Source: Octopus sinensis (taxonomy: Eukaryota). From it: DNA of 19,808 bases. The position numbers were made by a program, and so were the translations under genes. The stretch spans positions 1 through 19,808 of the forward strand of contig NW_021824157.1 of the NCBI RefSeq assembly GCF_006345805.1, given 5' to 3'. The notes beneath the pieces were generated by a model. It worked only from the letters and a program-made list of their open reading frames with translations, was not told the DNA's origin and did no database searches. Below are positions 1 to 9,055 of this stretch, piece after piece. The stretch's first letter is position 1. The number at the start of each line of letters is the position of its first letter.

Positions 1-54
1 ATCGGGTGTTAAAGCGATGTTGGCGGGGGGGGACAAACACAGACACACAAACAT

Positions 55-85
<31 letters not shown>

Positions 86-184
86 CATATATACGACGGG
101 CTTCTTTCAGTTCCGTCTACCAATCCACTCACAAGGCTTTGGTCGACCCGAGGCTATAGTAGAAGGCACTTGCCCAAGGTGCCA
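1..184 (-). mobile_element. tRNA-derived SINE family A, headless copy (3' part runs off the window edge)
   Basis: Reverse complement matches the 268-684 copy (ggcaccttgggcaagtg..ctactatagcctcgggtcgaccaaagccttgtgagtggatt) with the internal (CA)n/(TA)n tract; homology stops at ggtgcca, so the tRNA head is missing. Confidence 0.9.
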
Positions 185-267
185 TATATATATATATATA
201 TTTATACGCTTATATTATATATATATATATATATATATAATATATTATATATATATATATATATATA

Positions 268-436
268 GGCGTAGGAGTGGCTGTGTGGTAAGTAGCTTGT
301 TTACCAACCACATGGTTCCGGGTTCAGTCCCACTGCGTGGCACCTTAGGCAAGTGTCTTCTACTATAGCCTCGGGTCGACCAAGCCTTGTGAGTAGATTT
401 GGTATACGAAACTGAAAGAAGCCCGTCGTATATATG

Positions 437-481
<45 letters not shown>

Positions 482-684
482 ATGTTTGTGTATCTGTGTT
501 TGTCACTAACATCGCTTAACAACCGATGCTGGTGTGTTTACGTCACCGTAATTTAGCAGTTCGGCAAAAGCGACCGATAGAATAAGTACTAGGCTTACAA
601 AGAATAAGTCCTGGTGTCGATTTGCTCGACTAAAGGCGGTGTTCCAGTCAAATGACTGAAACAAGTAAAATAATAAAAAGAAAA
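268..684 (+). mobile_element. tRNA-derived SINE family A, near full length (probably one of the octopus OK/OR1/OR2 families)
   Basis: Pol III A-box-like TGGCTGTGTGG 278-288 and B-box-like GGTTCAGTCCC 321-331; CORE-like ccttaggcaagtg; internal (TA)n(TG)n; gtcga-N5-tcgac hairpin 616-630; tail aatgactgaaacaagtaaaa. Several homologous copies lie elsewhere in the window. Family name from memory only. Confidence 0.9.
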
Positions 685-695
685 TAGCATATATA

Positions 696-1509
696 TCAGA
701 CTTAGGGAGATTACGAAAATTTATTATTGACAAATATATAATTGTACTGAAAAATAAGAATAGACTGGAATTTTGGTATAATACATAGGAGGCCATAGGT
801 TGGTACCATCATATTGAAAACAAGGACAAATATAAATTTTTAGTAAGTTGATATTAATGATTATTATTCCTCCATTAGCCCAATAGTTCTCAAAAGTCAC
901 TTTTATTTGCCAAGAAAAACGCAAACATGAGTATGAAATAAATAAATGCAATATCAGCAGCTAGAAAATCGGTTATTAATTTTGATAATATTGACTGTTT
1001 TAACATTGCAATGGGGTCTGCCGACTCTGCACAGGTGACAGATCTTGTAGTAATATATATTTAATTTAATTTGAATAAGGAATTTCCTGAACTAGGAGGA
1101 GGTTAGTATATGGATTATGTACTTTTTCTCATAAAAAATTAATAATAAAACTGATGAAAATAAATTTTGTAATTATACGAATAAGCCCAACTGTAAATTT
1201 AGTAATTTCTGTAAATGCAATAATCTTGTATATCAGGCTATTGCTCAATCTGAAGGTAATGATTATTTTTATACTGGAGCAACTGAACACTTTATAAAGG
1301 AACCGTCTAAATATTAATAATACAAGTCTTAGTAAGTTCATTTGGAGAATAAATGGCAGCAACAAGAGTTATAAAACTAAAGGAAAATTATAAGTTACGC
1401 TAAACCATATTGTATGAATGACAGGCGATGTGAATTTTGTATAGAAGAAATTTACCAAACATTATCTTCGAGACATCAATTACTTACTTTTAGAAATGAA
1501 AAAGTTTGA
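696..1509 (+). pseudogene. Degraded Penelope-like element: reverse transcriptase and GIY-YIG endonuclease remnants
   Basis: Manual translation across stops and frameshifts gives SDLGRLRKFIIDK..W.NT*EAIGWYHHIENKDKYKF (696-840), VDINDYYSSIS (847, RT motif A), ARKSV..FNIAMGSADSAQVTDLV (motif B, ATG 1011) and G*YMDY (degenerate GLYRDD). It then gives CNYTNKPNC..C..NLVYQA..FYTGATE (1168-1290), SLSKFIW and AKPY..RRCEFCIEE..(stop 1507-1509), typical of PLE GIY-YIG with its Cys motifs. Confidence 0.85.
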
Positions 1510-1561
1510 TCTTGTGTATACACTCCTGATTATCTTTCTCTAAATATTGCTAGACTATATA

Positions 1562-1618
1562 TTAAATACATACATACATACATGCATACATGCATACATA
1601 CATACATACATACATACA

Positions 1619-1714
<96 letters not shown>

Positions 1715-1722
1715 TATATATA
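1562..1722. repeat. Compound microsatellite (TACA)n + (TA)n
   Basis: Directly visible. Confidence 0.95.
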
Positions 1723-2372
1723 ATCTAATAAAGTACAAACATATAATATATAATTTTGCATAGATGAAATTTCAATAATTAACATGGTCAATTAACAATA
1801 TATTTGCTATATAAAATGGACAATCTTCGTTATGTATAATCTTGTTATTCCTTCAATAACACATAATCTGAAGACGTAATACACGAAATCTATACAACCA
1901 CGTAATACACAATTTTTCCCTCTCTGTATCACAAATTTATTAATAGAAAATACAACTCTTATTTTTAATAACCTTGATGAACTTTAATTAATATTATAAG
2001 AATATTAAAATTAATTATCATTATTTTTAAAAATTATTTTTGCTTCATATCAATTTAATTATAAACATGTAATAAATATGATTATAATATCCTTAAACTC
2101 ATGCATACACACATATATATAATAGATATACGTAAACAAACACATGTCTACGCTACACGTTTTAGGCGTATATATACATGTAAAAATAATAAACTATTTG
2201 TATACACATACATAAATAGCTATTGCTTGATTACTGATAGACCATATATATTAAATACTCGAATATAATATTAGTATTATGTAATCATATCTCTATATGT
2301 AAATTTATTTTATATATAATATTACATCGTATAATATATTAATATAATATGTAATTTACTTTATTTATATAA

Positions 2373-2660
2373 TTTACATTTGACGGATATTTGTCCTCAT
2401 CTGTTTGTTGTTAACACAACGTTTCGGCTAATATACCCTCCGAGTTCGATTCCAGGCAGTGACCTAAATAATAATGATAATAATAACATTGAAAAATACC
2501 TTAGGAATGAGAACCCAGGTTCGAAATTTCCCCAAGACTCCCGATGAAGGCTGGGGGTTGTGTTAAGGTCGAAACGTTGTGTTAACAACAAACAAGATGA
2601 GGACAAATATCCGTCAAATGTAAATACTGTACATAATTCCTCATCTCTTAAATATAAAAC
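2373..2660 (+). mobile_element. Penelope-type terminal repeat (pLTR) with an inverted partial copy
   Basis: 2373-2426 is the reverse complement of 2570-2624 except for one indel; a hammerhead-like core is embedded; an inverted partial pLTR is a known hallmark of PLE insertions. Confidence 0.75.
2534..2583 (+). ncRNA. Minimal type I hammerhead ribozyme relic (degenerate)
   Basis: CCGATGA (CUGAUGA with U>C) 2541-2547, a helix II region, and GAAACGTT 2571-2578 with the palindromic ACGT helix III; helix I aagactc/gtgtt has a mismatch. The inverted copy supplies the ttagccgaaac strand that pairs with ggctg. Confidence 0.6.
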
Positions 2661-2759
2661 TATATAATTTACTATTAAGTAGAGCCGTATAATCAGCAAT
2701 CTTTGTGTAACTGAAATAATTAAAATGATTAATTAATCGTTTTAGTTACTATTTAATTA

Positions 2760-3887
2760 TTAGGTTATCAGGAAAGTTCTTGCGGAATTTTTAATTTTGA
2801 TTTTAAATTATGTATTTTCAAATTAATTTTCGTTAAATTACTTTGACTTTATATATCACTCTAAAGCCCATTTTTCACTCTATCTAATCGTGTTACTCTT
2901 TTCCTTTTTGACTTATTAGGCCAATTTTTTCAGAACGTTGAATACAACATGGACAAAAAGCAAATTCAAACAATTTTCTTATTCCAGTTCAAGCTAGGCC
3001 GAAAAGCACGCGATATCAACGATGCGTTTGGCCCAGGAACCACAAATGAACGTACAGCACAATGGTGGTTCAAGAAATTTCGTAGCGGTGACGAGTGTCT
3101 TGAATATGATAAGTGTGGTGGTCAGCCATCGGATGGTGTCAACGATCAACTAAGAGCCTTAGTTGAAGCCAATCCACGCACAACTGTTCGAGAACTTGCT
3201 TCTGAATTAGACGTAACTTATACGATAATTTCCAACCACTTGAAAGAGATTGGAAAAACAAAAATACTTGAGAAATGGGTGCCGCACGAATTGAACGACA
3301 ATAAAAAAAAACAAAAACAAAAAAGAACCGCTGTTTTGAAGTGTCGTCTTCCCTTCTTTTACGTAACAAGAACGACCCGTTTCTCGACCGGATTGTGACT
3401 TGCAATGAAAAGTGGATTCTTTACAACAACCGGCGACGCTCAGCTCAGTGGTTAGACGCCGACGAAGCTCCACTGCATTTTCTGAAGCCAAAGTTGCACC
3501 AAAAGAAGGTCATGGTGACTGTTTAGTGGTGTGCGACTGGGCTCATCCACCACACCTTTTTGGATCCAGGTGAAACCATTACGGCGGAGAAGTATTGTCA
3601 GTAAATGGATGAAACGCATAAGAAACTCCAACAACATCAGCCAGCATTGGTCAATAGAAAAGAACAAATTCTTCTCCACGACAACTCTCGGCCGCGCGTC
3701 GCACAACTGACCCTGCAGAAGTTGAATGAATTGGGCTACAAAACTCTGCCTCATCTGCCATACTCACCAGACCGCTCGCCTACCGACTACCACTTTTTCA
3801 AGCATCTCAACAACTTCCTGCGTGAAAAATGCTTCAAAAAACCAAAACGATGCCAAACACGCCTTCAACGATTTCATCGCCACCAGA
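2760..3887 (+). mobile_element. Mariner transposon (D,D34D, Hsmar1/cecropia-like), 3'-truncated; transposase pseudogene from 2949
   Basis: Left TIR-like TTAGGTTATCAGGAAAGTTCTTGCGG after TA (2758-2759). Transposase MDKKQIQTIFLFQFKLG..WVPHEL..TCNEKW..HDN-(34 aa)-SPTDY. Frameshift in the A-run near 3300-3325, stops at 3524-3526 and 3602-3604, first catalytic D>N; no right TIR. Confidence 0.95.
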
Positions 3888-4719
3888 AAGCATATACATA
3901 CACACAATAAATATATATTTCTTAGTTTATTGATAAAATCCAATCCATCAACATGTAACTCTTTCTGTTGTACTCTAGGCCTGATGAGATTCTACCTAAT
4001 ATTCAAAATGCTATTTTATTCTAATTTTTGGATTTGTTCCAGTCTTTGAATTTACAATTATATATTGGACTGAACTGAAACGTTCGTAGGCTTTATTTGG
4101 CAGTATGTTTATAAATTAATTTTATATACTTACCAACTCTCCATTCTTCTTCTTTAATCATATTTATACTTATAATAATCCCAAATCCCATATATATCGA
4201 AGAGATTATTCCCCAACAGTGTTGGTGATTAAACCAGTGAAATTTCGGATATAATAATCCTTTATGAGGATAAGATATCCTCGCATGGACTATATATATA
4301 TATATATATAAATTCTTAATTATATTAGAGGGTACACGAAGCACCACTTGCTAAAAAGTGGAAGTAAAAGCCTACAACTTGACCACCAATCTTACTGAAA
4401 CTATGTAATGGACCAACAGAAATCGGGCAAACGAGTGGAATTCAACATATTTTCTCAGCTAAAAAGCCGTAGAATAAGGTAACAGATATACCTGGATCAT
4501 GATTTCAAATTCTGGTTAGAGACTTAATTCTCCTCAACAGGTCTCACTGTACCTAATATGAAAAGTCCATCTCACCTCGTTGTAATCCGTTACGTCTTGA
4601 ATAGTCCCGCGCCAAATTCAAAGCAATTTCAGTGCATAATATATATATATATATATAAGAATGAGTAAATATTCAAAATAAATACTCGTAAAGATATTAT
4701 TATTATTATTATTATTATT

Positions 4720-5273
4720 GAGTGAGAGAGCAGTTCATGCCATCAAAGTGACACTGGGGTAAAATATACGAAGCCCAATATACCCATCATGACTACCCGT
4801 CTGATAAAGGTACACCAGGCACATGCATCACAACCATATGTGCGCGACATGGTGATCTCATATCAAGATAAACAGCACATGACCTTGCAAGTGGGGCCCA
4901 GTTAGAATTTTCTTCAGGTTGAGTAGCCCATCCCGCTCAAAAGGTCCCTGAATAAGGGTTGTTTAAGGATGTTGAAAGAACCACCCATGTTTCCAGAGGT
5001 GAACTATTCAAACCCCAAAGAATCCCTCTCAACACATTGCTATGATGCTCCCCCACTACTTCTGCTCGTGATCAGAGATGCACATATCGTCAGCCACTAA
5101 GGGACATGCTCAACTGGTTAAGGTCAAACAACTGACAAGCAAATCTGTGGTATTGAGCAGAATATTTGCTGTAGCCCATCTTTTATACCAAGACAAAACA
5201 ATGTACATGATAACACTTCCAGTCAGTTAAGATCAGAAGCCATGAGAGCCACTGCCTGGTACTGCATCAGGGC

Positions 5274-5275
<2 letters not shown>
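4720..5275 (-). mobile_element. Non-coding 556-bp interspersed element bounded by (TTA)n on both sides; candidate non-autonomous R4/Dong-type retroelement
   Basis: Near-50% GC block with sharp edges against (TTA)n at 4695-4719 and 5276 onward; no ORF. TAA-repeat targeting is known for Dong/R4 elements. Clade and strand are inferred. Confidence 0.55.
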
Positions 5276-5322
<47 letters not shown>

Positions 5323-5351
5323 GTTGTTGTTGTTGTTGTTGTTGCTGTTGC

Positions 5352-5384
<33 letters not shown>

Positions 5385-5420
5385 AATTATTATTATTATT
5401 ATTATCATCATCATTATCAT
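5276..5420. repeat. Compound triplet microsatellite (ATT)n(GTT)n(ATT)n(ATC)n
   Basis: Directly visible. Confidence 0.95.
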
Positions 5421-5672
5421 CAGGGGCAAATCTAAATAATTTATAATAACAATAACAATAACATTAGTGGCAGCAAGCTATATTAGCATTGAACAGCTAT
5501 ACAATAAATTCTTAATTATATTAGAGGGTACACGAAGTACCAGCTTCTAATGTTATTGTGACAACCATTTGCTCCACTAAGTGGTTCTCAACCTTAATCA
5601 TGTGACCTACGTTTGAAACGGATACTGAATATGAAATATTGTTAAATAATAAACAAACTTTCGGACGCACAT

Positions 5673-5854
5673 ATCTTTTATCTTTTACTTGCTTCGGTTA
5701 GTGGACTGCGGTCATGCTAAGACACCGTATTGAAGAGTATAGTTGGACATTATCTCTAATGTCTGATACTTATTACATCGGTCTTTGTTACCGAACTGTT
5801 AAGTTACGGAGACGCAAACAAACCAGCACCCATTGTCAAGAAGTAATGCAGGAC

Positions 5855-5899
<45 letters not shown>

Positions 5900-6023
5900 A
5901 CACACACACACATTTAGTTTCCAGCCCGGGGCCATGGTAGAAGATATTTGCCTTAGGTGCCTCGCAATGAGACTGAATCCGAAACCAGATGGTTTGCAAA
6001 GTGAAGTTTTTAATTGCACAGCC
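5673..6023 (-). mobile_element. SINE family A, diverged copy
   Basis: Reverse-complement tail tatcttttacttg, internal (CA)n 5856-5912, ggtagaagatatttgccttaggtgcc, gactgaatcc (B box) and cacagcca (A box). Confidence 0.8.
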
Positions 6024-6217
6024 AAATACTGAGGAAGAAGAAGAAGAACAACAACAACATCAACAACAAAAAATACACTTTCGGAAAAACAGGAAAAAAT
6101 TCAGTGATACTGTCAACAGATATGCAAATAATTAAATATGAAAGTAGTAATGAATCCAATTATCGGTTGTTGAACATATTCAAAGGTGGGCATTAACATT
6201 TACCAACGAAAACAACA

Positions 6218-6228
6218 TCACCACCACG

Positions 6229-6278
<50 letters not shown>

Positions 6279-6312
6279 CACCACTACTACTACTACCACC
6301 ACCACCACCACC

Positions 6313-6359
<47 letters not shown>

Positions 6360-6384
6360 CACCACCACCACCACTACTACTACA

Positions 6385-6469
<85 letters not shown>
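6218..6469. repeat. Alternating (CAC)n/(TAC)n compound microsatellite
   Basis: Directly visible; explains the poly-H/Y and poly-V ORFs. Confidence 0.95.
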
Positions 6470-7142
6470 ATGAAGTGTACCTGAAAATTTCCTATAAATG
6501 TGACATCATTAATTTAAACTATCAAATGAAACAGCTTTACTTTGTTTTCTTGTATAAAATGTCAATAGAAGCTATGTAAAACCCGCTTGAGTTGTTTCTT
6601 CTGTCAAGAAAGTTTACTGGTGTCAAATACAATTAGAATTTATACGGCATCTATTATGAATAACGAAATAGATAAATAAATGAATAAAATATAAAAAAAG
6701 ATATGAATGTGTAGCATTGTTGTGCCAAATCTTTCGCATGAACAGTCAAGCTATTTGCGTTTTAGTAACAGGACATACATACATAGCATTATAATACACC
6801 CCACCCCGCATACGCGTACGTACACTTACGTATAAACAAATACACATATGCATACATATGCATACATATGTATGTATGTATTTATGTATGTATATATGTA
6901 TGTGTGTGTGTGTGTGTTCGGAGGTGGGGTGCCAGTGCAATAAGTGTTAAAGGAATAATTGTGGTAGTAATAAGGCTAGGGTGATAGGGAGATGTGTGAG
7001 AATAATAACTTGCTAACGTAAAGATTAAATACTCTCATGAAACCTATTGACAGATTATAAAATATCCGGTTGATTGCTGAATAAATCTTTTAATAATACG
7101 ATAATACTATCTGGAATTCAATTTTTGCTTTCAGGTAAAACT

Positions 7143-7790
7143 CTATCCATCCATTTTCTCTGCCTGCTATTCCTGGGATGGTCGTATGGGTATAGTCCTG
7201 AGGTACCTCTTCTGTAGGGCCCAATCAGAAGCAAATGTTATCAGACATCTCGTTTGGATTCTTAAGCACGTCCAACTGAGACAGTGAATATTATTCTACA
7301 ATCTCGTTCTTGATCTTCCCCCAGGTTACCCTTCCTGTTGGTTCAACTTCAAAAAATCCGTCTTGCGGTTCTTCACTGAGATAGCTCCGTTACACCGGAG
7401 CTATGATCTTTCAATGCAGTGAAGTAGCGGCTCTGCCTGGAGAAATACTTTGATCTCCGAGCTTTGTACTCGGTCGAATAACGTTATTCCAAATATCCTT
7501 CAAAGGAGTCCCATTTCATCCACTTGTATTCACAATCGTACTTTTTCGGTTATTATCTAACATTCATGACCATAGGTACGAATTGGTACAAAAACTGAAT
7601 TGGAGATAGCAAGTTTAGCTTCTTTTTCTACTAAGTTCTTGTCCTTTGAAGATTAGATACTGAAGCTGGCGCATCACTGTACCACCAACTACAATTCTAT
7701 GATCTTATCCAGCCTTCGTCTTCCAAAAACTGTTCCGGGGTGAGAACTTTGCCAGTTCGAGGAAATCTCTATATCTAGGAGAGTTTAGAT
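7143..7790 (-). mobile_element. RTE-clade LINE, 3' end (post-RT C-terminus and (GGAT)n tail)
   Basis: Minus-strand translation DHRIVVGGTVMRQLQ..KEAKLAISNSVFVPIRTYGHEC*..IQVDEMGLL*RIFG.TL.DRVQSSEI..EPLLHCIERS*LR..PTGR..GRSRTR..RPSQE* (stop 7167-7169), followed by gaaaatggatggat. Confidence 0.85.
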
Positions 7791-7854
7791 GACTGTAGAT
7801 CGATGTAACAGTGCTACACATATTCGTCAGTGATCATTCTAACGTTTCTTCTGT

Positions 7855-8090
7855 GCCGGCCTGCTAAGTAGCGGAGACGTAACCATACTAACATGGGTTT
7901 TCAAGAGGTGAGAAGCAAACGCAAACTCACAAAGGTATATTTATACACATGCACGCACACGCATACACATAACGGACTTCCACACAGCTTCCGTCTACCA
8001 ACTCCACTTACGAGGCATTGGCTGCCCGGGACACTTCTTCAGGGTACCACACACTGGGACTGAACCCAAAACCACGTAGCAAACTTTTTC
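7855..8090 (-). mobile_element. Old SINE family A-related copy
   Basis: cttccgtctacaactccacttacgaggcattgg and gtaccacacactgggactgaaccc match the reverse complement of family A. Confidence 0.7.
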
Positions 8091-8199
8091 CCGATATGCA
8101 GTAAACATAGCCAATGAATTCTCTTTAACGATCTCAGGTTACTAGGCTTAATTGATGTAAACATCAAAAAGTTCAGGATTTATAGAGGAGTATTCTCAC

Positions 8200-8400
8200 T
8201 TCTCTCATCTGTATGTACTGACTCTCGGACCACTGCAGTGGGAACAGGAGTTGTTAAAGGGCGAACCGTGTCAGATGTTGTATAATGGTATCGGACACCA
8301 CAACAATCGTGATCGGCATCATCATTATAAAGGAACACGAGACTTTAACAGGAATAAGTGTGAACCAGGACAAGTCACTGAACTTGCAACTCAACTCCCG
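8200..8400 (+). mobile_element. Tx1/L1-type LINE RT fragment, part 1
   Basis: HLYVLTLGPL (LYxLxLEPL motif), then IMVSDTT..IKEHETLTG..VNQDKSLNLQLNS, the post-YADD region; the frame resumes at 9056-9059. Confidence 0.75.
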
Positions 8401-9055
8401 CAGGCGAAATATTTTTCTCAGGAGACTTCCGGATCTCAGTGATGAACTCATTTGCATACGGCCAATCAGAGCTCACCTTGAAAATCCACATATTGTGTAC
8501 TACTACAGTGCAGCCAGTCAGACATAGAATGTCGTATACCACTCAGTGAGTACAACGTGGCAGGTCTCACGTAAGCACCCCCCCCACTCCACTATCCTCA
8601 TAGATCAATTGAGCGCCATCTCTATATGGAGCTAGCATTAGGTACCTATGTTCAGACTGACATTAGTGATACTGCATGTACCCACTGATATATGCAAGGT
8701 GGGCGCAATACAACAAAACGCGGTATTGATTACGATGTTTCCAGATCAACACCAACATTTAAAATTAGGAATATACAAAATCAGTCAAGAAATTAGGAAA
8801 CTACACTGATTTACATTTTCTAGTAAATTACGCAAATTGGCAACACTTATGGCATCATCAGTGAGCAGTTCTCTTTATACACTAAATTTCACATTTGTGA
8901 CCCCTATTGACCCGTTTGGAACAGTTTGATTTTGCTATAACGCACATTTTCCACGAATATTTTCGTGTCTAGTTTGATAGTGGAGTTCTGATTGGCTATA
9001 TGCAAATGAGTTCATAACTGGGGTCCGGAATTCTCGTGGAAAATTTTTTCGCCTC
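8401..9055. mobile_element. 655-bp non-autonomous TIR DNA transposon (Academ-like by termini and TSD; tentative)
   Basis: About 76-bp imperfect TIRs (8401-8476 vs 8980-9055, c/gAGGCGAAA..ccgga..cagt..tgaactcatttgcata..gccaatcaga); flanking CCG duplication at 8398-8400 and 9056-9058; excision restores the LINE frame LQLNS-RRGKSMP. Confidence 0.8.

Noticed and set aside
268-345. tRNA gene, from A/B boxes here and at 19076-19165
   Set aside because: No cloverleaf or terminator; these are SINE heads.
6-522. ORFs 6-368, 17-268 and 301-522 (THTH/IYIY proteins)
   Set aside because: Translations of SINE A and its dinucleotide tracts; the same applies to ORFs at 13875-14314, 11502-11723 and 18979-19491.
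1868-1890. CTGAAGA-cgtaatacac-GAAA hammerhead-like core downstream of the Penelope ORF
   Set aside because: Helix II is only 2 bp and no helix I partner exists; plausible by chance in AT-rich DNA.
4236-4276. Minus-strand ctcataa-aggattattatatcc-GAAATTTC resembling a decayed hammerhead
   Set aside because: Two core positions are wrong and there is no helix I; not supportable.
5223-5439. Poly-I/T/V ORFs; also poly-H/Y/V at 6180-6473 and Gly/His-rich ORFs at 17761-18776
   Set aside because: Triplet microsatellite translations with no complex sequence.
6469-6500. tatgaagtgtacctgaaaatttcc resembling a Tc1/mariner TIR
   Set aside because: No matching inverted end or transposase remnant found.
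7120-7140. ttttgctttcAG|GTaaaa as a recursive splice site
   Set aside because: Short pyrimidine tract, weak donor, and adjacent to the RTE tail; no further support.
7205-7230. Minus-strand GPY tripeptide suggesting a Gypsy integrase
   Set aside because: It lies in an alternative frame of the RTE C-terminus, which explains the whole region.
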